In this document: piece after piece, positions 43,026 through 58,380 of the stretch
Position numbering within the stretch: position 1 is the stretch's first letter
How the letters are laid out: every line of letters begins with the position of its first letter
NCBI RefSeq assembly: GCF_006345805.1
Contig: NC_043002.1
Span: forward strand, 28,272,001-28,336,000
From: Octopus sinensis
Taxonomy: Eukaryota
Direction: 5' to 3'
DNA: 64,000 nt
Notes under the pieces: model-generated
The model's database searches: none
Told to the model about the DNA's origin: nothing
The model's input: only the letters and a program-made list of their open reading frames with translations
Position numbers and translations under genes: made by a program

Positions 43026-44038
43026 AGATGAGGATCATAACTATTTGGTGTCCTTGTGCGCTAATGTATATGTAAGTATGTCTTGGTGTTTCCTTTTAGA
43101 TTTTTTGGGGTGGGTTTGGCGAGCTGAGGAAGGAAATGAGCTGCAAAATAGGGATGAAAATGAAATGAGGTGAGGTGACTGGAAACGAGTGTAATTACGA
43201 GACCTTGATGGGTAGATTGAAACAGAGTGATGCTACAAGTAATGGTAATACTTATGTTTTGCTCCTGGCTATTTAGTTTCAGCCATAGAATGGTTCTCGG
43301 TCATAGAATCAAAAGCATTCCAAACATTACCATTGTGTTTGAAAACGGTATCTAGAACTGCATTCTATAACGTGCCCTTCCCCACTTTGAAGACCATTGG
43401 GAGAGGGATTTTAAGGAGATTTATATGCTGTTTGTTGTAAATCGTGCAACCACGCAATAGCCTGGAAAATGGTGAAGAGTTGATGAAGATGGGTAGCGTG
43501 ATTTGTGATAAGTAATAGTAATGCAGAGTGGAATAGAGTTTATTGGGTGATGTAGAATGTAGTAGAGTGCTCTTTAGAGGAGGGAAGTGAGATATTGTGC
43601 GGTCGTGTGGAATAAAGGTAAGTGAAATTGAATTCAGATGATTCATGCCAAGTAAAATGTAGTTTAGTAAAAGTTCAGAGTTAAAGGAGACATGTCAAGG
43701 AATTCACCGACCACCAACATCAAACATCAAACAGTCATCGCAGTGAAGGTGCAAATGTTCCGACAGTTCAAGATGTGCAAGAATTCGTTTTGAATGAATA
43801 AAGTTTTGCACGGCGATGAATCCACTTTGAGCACAATAAGCTATAAAGCCAGTGGTACAACGGAGGCTGAGACGACCACAAGCCAACTGACACTCAGTTT
43901 TGCTCAAATTTGAATTTACCTTCTCCTGGAAGGGATTGTAACGAGAATTAGGTGTCCTTCACTCCTAGTGGTTTACATGCTAATTGACTCATAGCTTGGA
44001 CTCCATTACGTGCTACTACACCGATTGAGAGTAGGCCT

Positions 44039-44095
<57 letters not shown>

Positions 44096-44136
44096 CGTAC
44101 ATACATACATATATATGTATATGTATATATATATAT

Positions 44137-44300
44137 AGGCACAGGAGAGTCTGTGTAGTAGGGAACTTGCTTTCCAATCACATGCTTCTGGATTCAGTCC
44201 CACTGCGTGGCACCACCCTAGGTCAAGTGTCTTCTACTATAGTCTCTGGTTGACCAAATCCTTGTGAGCGGATCGGGAAACTGAAAGAAGCCCGTCCCGT
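44137..44300 (+). mobile_element. tRNA-derived SINE family A
   Basis: aggcacagga...ggattcagtcccactgcgtggcacc...gaaactgaaagaagcccgtc, followed by (GATA)n. Confidence 0.85.
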
Positions 44301-44316
44301 GTGTATAGATAGATAT

Positions 44317-44400
<84 letters not shown>

Positions 44401-44727
44401 GCCACATTGTTAACTCAAGACTGGAAAATGATGCATGCAGAAGTTCCTTTAAGGTGGGATCAATCTTGGAATAACGTAGATATGAGACGAATTGTTAACG
44501 TCACAGTCATTCTTAGAAGAGTTCACTCATCGCCAGAGATTAGAGTGACAGGACATATCAAATGTCTTTGACATAATACATATTACATCATATAAACGAG
44601 GTGAATACTTTAAACCTATAATAGCATTATAGGTAGAAATATGTATAAGTATATAGATATATAAATGCATACATACTATATATATATGTATGTATATGTA
44701 TGTATATATATATTAGATATATATATA

Positions 44728-44817
<90 letters not shown>

Positions 44818-44838
44818 ATATATATAACATATATATAT

Positions 44839-44869
<31 letters not shown>

Positions 44870-45215
44870 CATACATACATATACATAAAGACAAATTAAA
44901 CTCGGTTTTCAGACACATAAAATATTTTTTATCGGTAAAATTCATGTTTATGCTGTTCTTATAATTATCCTACAGAAAATATACGAGACATGTCATCTCT
45001 AATTAGACAAACAAGCGCGTGCGTGCTCAACACACACACAGAGACACACACGCACACACGCTTGTGTCTGCAAATAGACGTATGAACAACGAACCTAATT
45101 CACACATGCTTCATATATATATATGTATATGTTGATAAATTGATAGATGGATAGATACCCGCTGACAAGGCTAACGTCGTGGGTTCGTACGTCTTAAATA
45201 CATACATGCACACCT

Positions 45216-45255
<40 letters not shown>

Positions 45256-45286
45256 ACACACATATGTATATATATATGAGTATACA

Positions 45287-45317
<31 letters not shown>

Positions 45318-45499
45318 GCATACATTCATACATGCATACATACATAAACATATATATGAAATATATGGGGGAAATAAACAGGACCGAAAAGACTTAACTT
45401 TCGGTAAATCTTTTTCTCACGTAATTCTCTGACAAACTCTCCAATAATTTTGGTCAGAATTTACTGATTTAAAATTTTGGCAAAAGTCCGGTATTTTCG

Positions 45500-45917
45500 G
45501 GAGAAATTGGTACTCAGCTGGTACTTACTTTATTGACACCTAAAGGACAGGAGGCAAAGTCAATACTGGCTACATTTGAACTGAGAACATGGAGACGGAC
45601 GAAATACTGCTAAGTATTTTGCCCAGCGATGTAACGATTATGCCATTTCGCCACCCAAAATTTGGTCCGAAAATATTCTTTTCTACTCTTGGCACAAGGC
45701 TCGAAATTTTTTTTTTGGGGGGGGACAAACAAGGACAGACAAAGGACTTAAGTAGATTACATCGACCCCAGTGCGCAACTGGTGCATAATTTATCGACCC
45801 CGAAAGGATGAAAGGCAAAGTCGACCTCGGCGGAATTTGAACTCAGAACGCAACGGCAGACGAAATACCGCTAAGCATTTCGCCTGGCGTGCTAACGTTT
45901 CTGCCAGCTCGCCGCCC
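45500..45917 (-). mobile_element. Two adjacent SINE family B copies (older 45500-45650; younger 45683-45917)
   Basis: Two B-box cores and two heads (ttcgccacc; ctcgccgcc). Confidence 0.88.
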
Positions 45918-46546
45918 AAACTTTCGTCAGAATATATTGAAATACATACACAGCAAAACATTACAACGTTTATGAATTTTAAATGTTATTATTATTGCTG
46001 TGTAGTGTGGTGAGGAAGGGCTCTCATATTTTCTACATCGAGCGAAGTTTATTATTTTTCTGTCAGTATTTTCTTTTGCTCTTGAGTTCTTTTTATTTAA
46101 TTACTATAATTTTTTATGATTAGATTGATTGCTATATTCGTGAAGCTTTCACAATAAATACATACACAAATACATTGATCCCTGGACAGCTACAGAAATT
46201 ATTTCAAACACATGCATATACGCACACACACACATATACACATATGTATGTATGTATAAATACGTAGCTTACGCGACTGCTGTTGCTACGGAGGCGGGGA
46301 GAGAATCCTTTGTAGTTTAAGTTTTAAGCATGTTGAGAAATTTATAATTACATTAAACAATGGGGAGCATACATGCCTTTCAATATAATGTTTCTTATTG
46401 ATTACCAACATCACTAAAGACTAGTAGCCCCAATACTTCTACCATCACCAGAAACATTACCATCATCACAACCAGTAGAACAACAATCTCCACCACCACC
46501 TTCACCATTACCAGCTTCACTAATCGTCAAGTTCATTCAGTTTTTA

Positions 46547-46627
<81 letters not shown>

Positions 46628-46664
46628 TATATACATATACATACATACACTGGGTGGGGTGTCA

Positions 46665-47172
46665 GTAATGGTACTTAATTTTTCGACCCTGAAAGGTTGA
46701 AAGGCAAAGTCGATCTCGGTAGAATTTGAACTCAGAAACTATAAACAGACGAAATACCTATTTCTTTACTACCCACAGTGGGATAAACACAGAGGAGACA
46801 AACAAGGACAGACAGACGGATTAAATCGATTATATCGATCCCAGTGCGTAATTGGTACTTATTTAATCGACCCCGAAAGGATGAAAGGCAAAGTCGACCT
46901 CGGCGGAATTTGAACTCAGAACGTAACTGCAGACGAAATACCTATTTCTTTATTACCCACAAGGGGCTAAACACAGAGAGAACAAACAAGGACAGACAAA
47001 CGTATTAAGTAGATTATATCGACCCCAGTGAGTAACTGGTACTTATTTAATAGACCCCGAAAGGATGAAAGGCAAAGTCGACCTCGGCGAAATTTGAACT
47101 CAGAACGTAACGGCAGAGGAAATACCGATAAGCATTTCGCCCGGCGTGCTAACGTTTCTGCCATTCGCCGCC
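46665..47172 (-). mobile_element. Trimeric SINE family B
   Basis: Three B-box cores, two gacgaaatac|ctatttcttt junctions and a single head (gtgctaacgtttctgccattcgccgcc). Confidence 0.9.
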
Positions 47173-47479
47173 CTGCAACAGCCAATAGCATCATCAACCA
47201 TCACCATCAAAAACATCGCTATGACTAATATCACCAACAGCAATACCACTACCATCACCACTGTCGTTGTTGCCGCTACCGAGAGCACCAACACGCTGAT
47301 CATTACTCACACCACAACAGACCACTGCCGGACAGTTTCATTCCACCGGAATCCTCTCTGTTACAGGTAAGCGGACTACCTCTCCAGATTAAGAAAACCT
47401 TTCACCGTTCCATTAGTCTTTAAGGCATTGGAAAGAGCCATGCATACACTACCCCTTCTCCTACATAGGTGATAAGAGA

Positions 47480-48640
47480 ATGTCTTCTTCACCGACACCA
47501 CCTCCACTCATGATACCATCATTGTCATCTATACAACCATCGCCATCAATACCACAATCACTAATATCACCATCACCATCACCAATATCACCATCACCAC
47601 TACCATCTATGTCATCATCGCCAACACCGTCACCACGACCTTCACTATCACCATCATCACCACCATCACCACTACCATCGTCACCAGTATCACCTGCACA
47701 TAGCCATCGTCACCACCATCATTACCACCATCGCCACCATCTTCATCACCTCTACCATCACCACCACCATCATCGTCACTTATACTACCCTTTATATCAC
47801 CTATATCACGATCACCATCACCGACATCAAATCTTAATACCACCATCACCACTACTTTCACCCATACCAACAACACTGTCACTAAAACCATTGCCACTAA
47901 TCACTAAAAACCGCTACCAATACTACCATCAGCAGCCCCATCACTGCCACCTACATGTCGGTCAGCACCATCACTATCAACACAACCATCGCCATCAACA
48001 ACAACATCAACATCACCACCACCACCAACACAACTAAATACCAGCATCACAAAATACCAGTAACCCCAATACCATTATCAGCATCATCATCATCACCACA
48101 ACCAATACTACCATCAGCACCTACCACCACCATCACCATCACCACTATTACCAGTACTAACAACATCACTAACACTACTAACCCCAATACCATCGCCAAA
48201 CTAACACTACCACCACTAGTATTACCACTACCATCACCACTATCAACGATACCACCACCATCAACATCACCACCACCATCAACATCACCACCACCATCAA
48301 CATCACCAGCACCATCAACACCACCCCCACCATCAACACCACCACCACCATCAACACCACCACCACCATCAACACCACCACAGCCATCAACACCACCACA
48401 GCCATCAACTCCACCACCACCATCAACACCACTACCATCAACTCCACCACCACCATCAACACCACCCCCACCATCAACACCACCACCACCATCAACACCA
48501 CCACCACCATCAACACCACCACAGCCATCAACACCACCACAGCCATCAACTCCACCACCACCATCAACACCACTACCATCAACACCACCACCACCATCAA
48601 CACCAATACTGCACTCACTCTACCACCACCACATCCCACC
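47480..48640. repeat. (ACC/ATC)-rich low-complexity region with an 18-bp minisatellite (48250-48600)
   Basis: Unit ccaccaccaccatcaaca; 141-bp higher-order duplication. Confidence 0.9.
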
Positions 48641-49469
48641 ACTTCAACGCAAGGAAATTCTGTCACAAACAATAAGCTGTTTCGTTTTCAATCACTTAAA
48701 ATATGACATTTGTTAATCAACAACAGGACTACAATAATTAGTGGAAATTGATTAACACTTACAAACAACTACAAACAAATAAACAAATAGGCGAACAATA
48801 AATAAGAAGCAACAATAAAAAATACAATAATAATAACCAACACAAAACCAGCATAATAATTATAACAACAACAACAATATAACAACAGTTAATTGCGGGC
48901 ACATGGATGGTCACGTGGTAAAGAAGTTCTCTTCATAACAACGGGATTCAGCATTCTATTCCCACAATGGCCACACCGGTTTCGGCGGAGTTTTTTTTTA
49001 TTGTCCTGTGGGGTTTTTGTTCTGTATTTTTTTTTACATTCACTTTGAATCGATCGAAGAATTATGTTTAAAGTTGAGTAGTTGGAAGCAAGGCTGTCAG
49101 ACAGTACCTGAGTGGTAGACCTGATTTATCCTCAAGTTTAACACCGCCGCGTGGTTTCTAGAGTAGGTTTAGTGGAGTTCTCTATATTACGAGACTTCCA
49201 GCTCTCTTGTATGAGGTTAACTAGATATTTCCATATGCTGCTGTTCCCTGCTATAGTAACCCATCTATCAGTTGTTATTTCATGCGTCCGTGCACCCATG
49301 AAATAACAACATTTAGAAGCACATACACAAACATACGCACTCACGCGCGCGCACACACATATACATACATTCACTAACTCATACACACACACACACACAC
49401 ACACACGCTCATATACACACACGCCACACACCGACACACGCACGCACACATCATGAGTGGGGGATTCTG

Positions 49470-50330
49470 ATGCGCAGACAGGTGCTGATGTTGCGTCAAC
49501 GAATTCTGGACGGTGAACGTGTGTGGGCTCAGTTTGCGAGGCACGTCTACCGGCAGCCCTGGGTGAAGGAAAGAATAAGACTGAGCACATGATACACCGA
49601 CTGTTGTCATGCGCTCACAGCCTTCATCGGGCAATGGGACTGGCAGATGTCACCACTTTAGCAATATATAGAGGATTAGTGGAGAGGAAGTGAACTGGCT
49701 AGTCTGTAGTTGGGGACTACCATGAGTTATTTCCAGAAGTCTTTGGCTCGGCAATAATACCAGGGTGCGCTACCGGTTGAAATAAACTCTGCAGACACGG
49801 ATTTCTTGTCAGACGGGCTTGTTCGATGTATGCAAATCGACGATGCTGTTCTATATGCATTTGTTCGATGTCTGAGCATTGTTGCCTTACGGAGTTATGT
49901 CTAACGGTTGTTGTCGCATGTGGGACGGACCCGTTTATCGGTCGAGTCCTCAGTGTTGATTGTCCCGTCACCCTCTGTTAATCTAACAGGCAAGTTCGTC
50001 TGGCGGAGTGGGCGAGGTTGAAATGCTCGAGGACAGAGACATTCCTCTTTGGTAGAACCTTCATCGACTTTTCGAAGTTCGAATTGAAAAGGAGAGTGAG
50101 GGTGGGTAAGGAGGTACTGTCCTCGGGTGAATTTATTAAAAGGTTGGTGGAAGTTGCAAAAATGGCAACAGTGAATGGTACCACACTGAGTATAGACCTG
50201 TGAGTTAGAGAACAGGTGTAAGTACTTGCCGTTGGTGTTCAGAGAGATCTTTGATGGTGAGGTTTCGATGAGTGTTTCTAGAATTCCTGTATCAGGGGAA
50301 TCTGACCATCATCCTCTTTGAATTTTTCTT
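49470..50330 (+). mobile_element. Tx1/L1-like LINE ORF2 3' remnant
   Basis: YQGALPV, LVRCMQIDDAVLYAFVRC, RLLSHVGRTRLS, F.K.LVEVAKMATVNG; stop at 50203; homologous to 12960-13830. Confidence 0.7.
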
Positions 50331-50586
50331 TTTTTATCTGATGTATATTATGTATATTTTTTTTCTCTTTTATTGCATACCATGTGCACTTTCTACTTTC
50401 TTTTTATGTCAGTTCATTGAATATAAATCTCCACTGTAGTATCGTGGGAGAGAGTAAGTCGACCACAGAATTCGAATGGTACTTATTTTATCGACTCCGA
50501 AAGTAGGAGAGGCCAAGTTAAGCTCGGTGTTATTTGAATAGAAGAAGAAGAAGAAGAAGAAGAAGAAGAAGAAGAAGAAGAAGAAG

Positions 50587-50730
50587 AAGAAGAAGAAGAA
50601 GAAGAATCCTTTCTACGTAAGGCACAAGACCTGAAAACTTGGTGAGAGGAAACTAATTGATTACATCGACACCCAGTGTTTCACTAGTTCACTAGTACTT
50701 AATTCATCGACCCGAAAGAATGAAAGGTAA
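50587..50730 (-). mobile_element. SINE family B fragment between (GAA)n tracts
   Basis: Nearly identical to 18888-19015, including ttcactagttcactag. Confidence 0.85.
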
Positions 50731-50823
50731 AGAAGAAGAAGAAGAAGAAGAAGATACAATTCGATATACAAATGAGCATCAACAAGGATATCAAGAGTAA
50801 ATACACGATGATGATTATAGTAA

Positions 50824-51322
50824 TGTGTTATCATGTACATTGTTTTGTCTTGGTATGAAAGATGAGCTACAGCAAATATTCTGTTCAATACCACAGATTT
50901 GCTTGTCAGTCGCTTGACCTTAACCAGTTGATCTTGTCACCTAGTGGTTGACGATATGTGCATCCCTGATCATGAATAGAAGTAGTGCAGGAGTATCATA
51001 GCCATGTATTGAGAGGAATTCATTGGGGTTTAAATAATTCACCCCTGGAAAGATGTGTGTTTCGTTCAACATCCTTAAACAGATATTATTCAGGGACCTT
51101 TTGAGCGGGATGGACTACTCGACCAGAAGAAAATTCTAACTGGGCACCACCTGCAAGGTCATACGCTGTTTATCTTGATACGAGATCACCATGCTGTGCA
51201 GATATGACTGTGATGCATGTGCCTGGTGTACCCTTATCAGACGTGTAGTCATGAAGGATATACTGGGACTTCGTGTATTTTACCCCACTGTCACTTTGAT
51301 GGCATGCACTGCTCTGTCACTC
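50824..51322 (+). mobile_element. Family C non-coding repeat, left-truncated
   Basis: tgttatcatgtacattg ... gcactgctctgtcactc then (AAT)n/(AAG)n. Confidence 0.9.
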
Positions 51323-51329
51323 AATAATG

Positions 51330-51377
<48 letters not shown>

Positions 51378-51424
51378 TAAAAATAATAATAAAAATAATA
51401 ATAATAATAATGATAATAATAATG

Positions 51425-51513
<89 letters not shown>

Positions 51514-51515
51514 AA

Positions 51516-54500
51516 CACCGGGGACGTTTAAGATGTGAGAACGATAAAACAGAGCCCCGAATTCTATCCACAAACATCGAAAACAAACATCTTATGGAGC
51601 CAAAAATTTACTAACAAAGGATTGGACTATATCCGAGTAAGTAATACTCATTGAAATTTATTACTATTTTCGAAACGAAATGATGTATTTTAACTCGATA
51701 TCATCTCCACCTCTAATACAACACATGTAAACATGCGTGGTACATTACGATCCATCAACACCAGATCATCCCCGACCCCAAACACCATGTACAAAAAAAC
51801 TACGAAGAAATTAAACAACACCGATATTATTCAACCCAAGAATAACAATCGGGAAGTACGCACTTTAAACTTACAGCACAAAATGTACGAAAAACTACAC
51901 GTGCAAAACAATGTGACAACAGAAATGAACGGACCGGTACCCTACGAAAATGACGACCGTCAAAATAATGGGCCGGACGTTGTTCCTAATGTCCCGCAAA
52001 TAAAACTCAAAAGACATAAATGGACACGTGAGGAATACATTTCTATTCTACACGCTTACTTCACAGCAGTGCTCTACCAAAAAAATGAAAACACAACAAC
52101 ACATACATATAAAATATGGAAGGAAAATAACATAAATATAGACTTGGATACAGCAATGAACCCTAATAAACCAGCTAACATACGAAGATACATTCTCAAA
52201 GCAAAAAAAATATCAGAAATAGAAATAGAACATCTAAAAGAAAAAATATATCAGGAAAATGTAGATAGAAGCCACACAACAATGCCCAACAATATAAACA
52301 CTGAAACAGTAAAACACGAAGACAAGCGTAACATTCCCAACAAACACGATGTAAACAAAAAACAACAAACCCAGACCGTAAGGATGCATAATAATACACG
52401 ACAAACAGCAAGCCAAAACACGACAAACAAACATAAAAATGAGAACGAAAGCGACACAAATCTAAAACCTGGAAACAACGAAGGGGAGCCTAATGATTAT
52501 GATAATATAAAAAGTAGAATAATCAAAGAACTAAAAACCACAGAGCTCAAAATGGACCACCGACCATACCTCCCAAAAATCAAAATAGACGAAACAACAA
52601 CACCAATTATAAACAGCATAAACCTAGCCGTCACGGAACTAATAGCCACTGAAACAAAAAGCGATATCACTGAGCTAAATGACTTAGTATACGCAGCAGC
52701 CACTGCAGCCACAAAAGAAGCTGGATACTCACTCAAACCTATCCAAACAGGAGTACCACCACCCAAACAAACCCTGTGGATAAATAACAACCAAAGCAAA
52801 ACACAAAAAATGAGAAAAGATCTGTCGATTCTTAATGAAATCAGTAGACAATCAACGCTACTGAGCAACAAAAAGAAAACAAAAATACTCCGCAAATACA
52901 ACATCACAGAAAAGGATTTACCTGAGATAAAAGAAAAGCTGAAGCAAGATATCCTTGCCAAAGCACAAAGAATCCGCCGGTACGAGAAACGCCAGCGCTT
53001 CTTTGAACAAAACAAAAAGTTCAACTCCAACCCCAAAAAGTTCTACCAAGAACTTGGCAAAATAAAATAGAAATCACTGCAGCACCAACGGCAGAAGAAG
53101 TGGAAGAATTCTGGAGAGAAATATGGTCGGCGAACGAACAACCAAAAAAAAAGGAGTATTAAAACAACAAACTCAGCATTGTTATGGACCCCCATAACAA
53201 CTGAAGAGGTCACCCAGGCACTGCAAAGACTAAGCAACTGGAAGGCACCTGGGCATGACAAGATCCCCAACTTTTGGTTGAAATATCTAACTGGAATGTA
53301 CAAAAAGCTGGCTGAAAACTTTAAAAACATACTAGCAGAGCCAGAGACAATGCCTGAATGGCTCACGAAGGGGAAAACCATCTTAATTCCCATATCAAAT
53401 GAGACAGCAAAACCAGAAAACTACAGACCAATAACCTGTCTCCCTACAATGTACACGGCATTTACTGCAGTGATATCGCAAAGGTTGAACAAGCACCTGG
53501 ACGAAAACAACCTGTTTCCAGAAGAGCAGAAAGGATGCCGCAAAGGCTCATATGGCTGTAAAGATCAACAAATGATTAAAAAAGTCATAACTGAAGACAG
53601 CCACAGAAAGAAGAAAAGCCTCAGTATGGCCTGGATTGACTACAGAAAGGCGTTTGATAGCACCCCCACACATGGATCCTCGAAACACTAGCCATTAACA
53701 AAGTAGCACCAACAATTATAAAATTCATAGGACACTCTATGAATAAATGGCAAACAGTGCTACAGCTCCAAACAAAAGAGGGACTCATGAAAACCAAAGA
53801 CATCCCCATTAGAAGAGGAATATTCCAGGGAGACACGCTCTCTCCACTCCTTTTCTGCTTGGCACTGTCACCTCTATCTGATATGCTAAATAGAACTGGA
53901 TGCGGATATAAATGTTACGGCAAAACGATCAGCCACCTTTTATATATGGATGACCTAAAGCTATACGCTGCAAATGACAAACAGCTGGAAACACTATTAA
54001 AGACAGTTCATGGATTTACCAAAGAAATAGATATGAAATTTGGATTAGAAAAATGCGCCAAAGTAACCCTGAAAAGAGGAAAACTAGTTAAGAGTAGCAA
54101 CATCACACTAGATAAAACCAATGAAATAAAAGAATTAGACCAAAGCCAAACTTACAAATACTTAGGAATCCATGAACTAGATAAGACACAACACACACAA
54201 ATGAAAGAGAAAATAAAAAAGAATATTATAGACGAGTTAGATCAATACAAAAAACAGAGTTCAATGCTAAAAACAAGATAATAGGTATTAACACTTTAGC
54301 TGTCCCAGTTATAAGTTACAGCTACAATATCCTTAACTGGACACTAAATGAACTGACCAAAATAGATAGGAAAACAAGAAAAATAATGACAGGATCTAGG
54401 ATGCATCACCCAAAATCTGACATAGAAAGACTATATATACAACGTATAGAAGGTGGTAGAGGCCTTATACAGCTGAAAAACTACTAAAATAAAACCACCA

Positions 54501-55644
54501 TAGGACTGTAAAAATATCTACTTCAGAAGGAAGGAAAACTGATACAAATAGCGGCAAAACACGAGCAAAACAAAAAAACTGTTCTCAGTATTTAAGGAAG
54601 CTGACAAATACAAACAAGAAATCATACCACCTAATAAATATGAAGAAGAAGAAGAAGAAGAGAAGAAGAAGAAGAGAAGAAGAAGGAAGAAGAAGAAGAA
54701 GAAGAAGAAGAAACAACAAAAGCTATAAAACAAATGAAATCCAAACTAAAACTAGAACAGCAAAGAACCATGATAAAACGATGGCAAGAAAAGCCCCTTC
54801 ATGGTAAATACTGGACTAAACTAAATGCAAAAGAAATAGACAAAGAAAAATCCCAGCAATGGTTGAGAGGCTCAGGACTCAAAGCAGAGACAGAGGGATT
54901 CTTAATTGCAGCACAAGACCAAAGCCTACCCACCAGAAATTACCAAAAACATGTAATGAAAAGAAATATAACAAGTAACTGCAGAATATGTGGAGATGGA
55001 CAAGAAACAATAAATCATATTATCTTTGGCTGCCCAGTCCTGGCTAAGAAGGAATATATTCACAGACATGACAGAGTTGGAACCTACATACACTGGAAGC
55101 TATGCCAACATTATGGAATAACAACAGAAAAAAGAAGGTATAGGCACACACCAGAAAAGGTCACAGAAAACGAGAAAGCAACCATACTCTGGGATATTCC
55201 GATACACACAGATAGAGAAATTAAGGCCAACAGACCAGATATAGTTGTCAGAGATCATGAAGAAAAAAATGCTTTCTAATTGATGTATCTATACCGGCAG
55301 ATGACAACGTGCCTCTAAAAGAAATGGAGAAACTTTCAAAATATAAAGACCTGGAAATAGAGGTAACCAGAATGTGGAATCTAAAAACAGAAACAATTCC
55401 TATCATAGTAGGTGCATTAGGCATGATAAAAAATATTCAGACAAATACATAACAAAAACACCAGGACTTACAAACACATATAACATACATAAAATCGCAC
55501 TACTAGGCACTGCACACATCCTACGCAGAAGACTTTCCATACAATAACCATCAGAGCATCACAACAAATCACAGCACATACCCAAGGCACACAGAGCTGC
55601 GCTCGGCAGTGAAGTGAAAGCACGCTATAAAAATAAAACTACTG
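51516..55644 (+). mobile_element. Near full-length R4/Dong retrotransposon (copy D9)
   Basis: Single long ORF 51733-55547 in pieces: KRHKWTREEY N-terminal domain; NWKAPGHDKI, YRPITCL, QKGCRKGSYGCKDQ, AWIDYRKAFDS, IFQGDTLSPLLF, LLYMDDLKLY, YKYLG; CRICGDGQETINHIIFGC; ANRPDIVV RLE; 3' UTR then AAT repeat. Confidence 0.97.
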
Positions 55645-56807
55645 AATGATAATAATAATATATGCGGCTAACAAAAAATGCACCATAATACAACATAGAC
55701 ACAGCAAACACTTAATGAGATAAAACAATGTAACGTCAAAATGAGCAACACAATACAAAACACAACACAAAGACAATAATAATAATACAAGAGCACAACA
55801 ACTATAATATCAACAACAAACAAAAATGTGCACAATACCATCATCAACAACAATAGCAACACAGTATGATATCAACAACTCAAGGACACAAGAACATACC
55901 AACAATAAGGATAACAGCAACAACATCACAAATCAACATCAACGCTAATAGTGAGAGCAGCATTAACAAAACAACTTCAACAAGATCCACATCAAAATAA
56001 TATTAAAAAACATCAACAACATCCACATCAAAATAATATTAAAAAACAAAACATCCAATAACACAAGAACACACCAACATCTATGTCAACATTATAAACA
56101 TCAATACGAACACCATGAAAAAATATCAACATCAGAAACAACATTAACAACTACAACAGACATCAATAATATTAACAACAGCAACAAGAAGAGCTTAACT
56201 CAACAACATCAATACAACAAAAGCTTAATCTACAGCAACACACAATAAAAAAGAAGCATAACAACAACAACAATTACAACAGCATCAATAAAACAATATC
56301 AAAAAATTATAATAATCAAAGGCGGAAAACATAATTATAATCGCAATTATGATGTCTGCGGTTGTGTTTAATTATTAATTAATTAGTCTGCAATCATGAG
56401 ATTATATTTTAGCAGTTTTTAATTATGTATTTTTGATGTTAATTATGTATTTCTCTTCAACTTGGTTGTTATTGTTTATTGTTATTGTTTAATATTTGTT
56501 TAGTTGTTGTTTGTTGTTAATTGTTCCACAAATTATGTATATAATTAGTTTATTGCTGTAACATAATGGTAGGAGAGTGAATGTTTGGGAGAAGGGAGAG
56601 GAGTGAATATGATGATCGCAATTATGATAATAATGGGAAGAAGACGTGGAGAAGAAGGGGCGGGAAGTGGAGAAAAAGGGGAAAAGTAGAGATAGGGTGA
56701 GGAAGACGTTGTGCAAGAACAAGAAAGAAAGAAAGAAAGAAAGGTCAAGAAGAAAAAATGATCATCATAATAATAATGAAGATTTATTTAATAATATTGA
56801 TGTCAGC

Positions 56808-58380
<1,573 letters not shown>

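Noticed and set aside
43690-44040. GC-balanced unique-looking stretch as an exon or transposase
   Set aside because: No recognisable motif or sustained frame.
47955-48716. 253-aa proline-rich extensin/mucin-like ORF as a gene
   Set aside because: Entirely within ACC/ATC low-complexity DNA; no non-repetitive domain or splice support.
52196-53393. Minus-strand ORFs of 75-179 aa
   Set aside because: Antisense shadows of the A-rich Dong ORF.
51733-55547. D9 as an intact active element or as a multi-gene operon
   Set aside because: The pieces are one ORF broken by frameshifts, and two in-frame stops (54485, 54509) remain after homopolymer correction.
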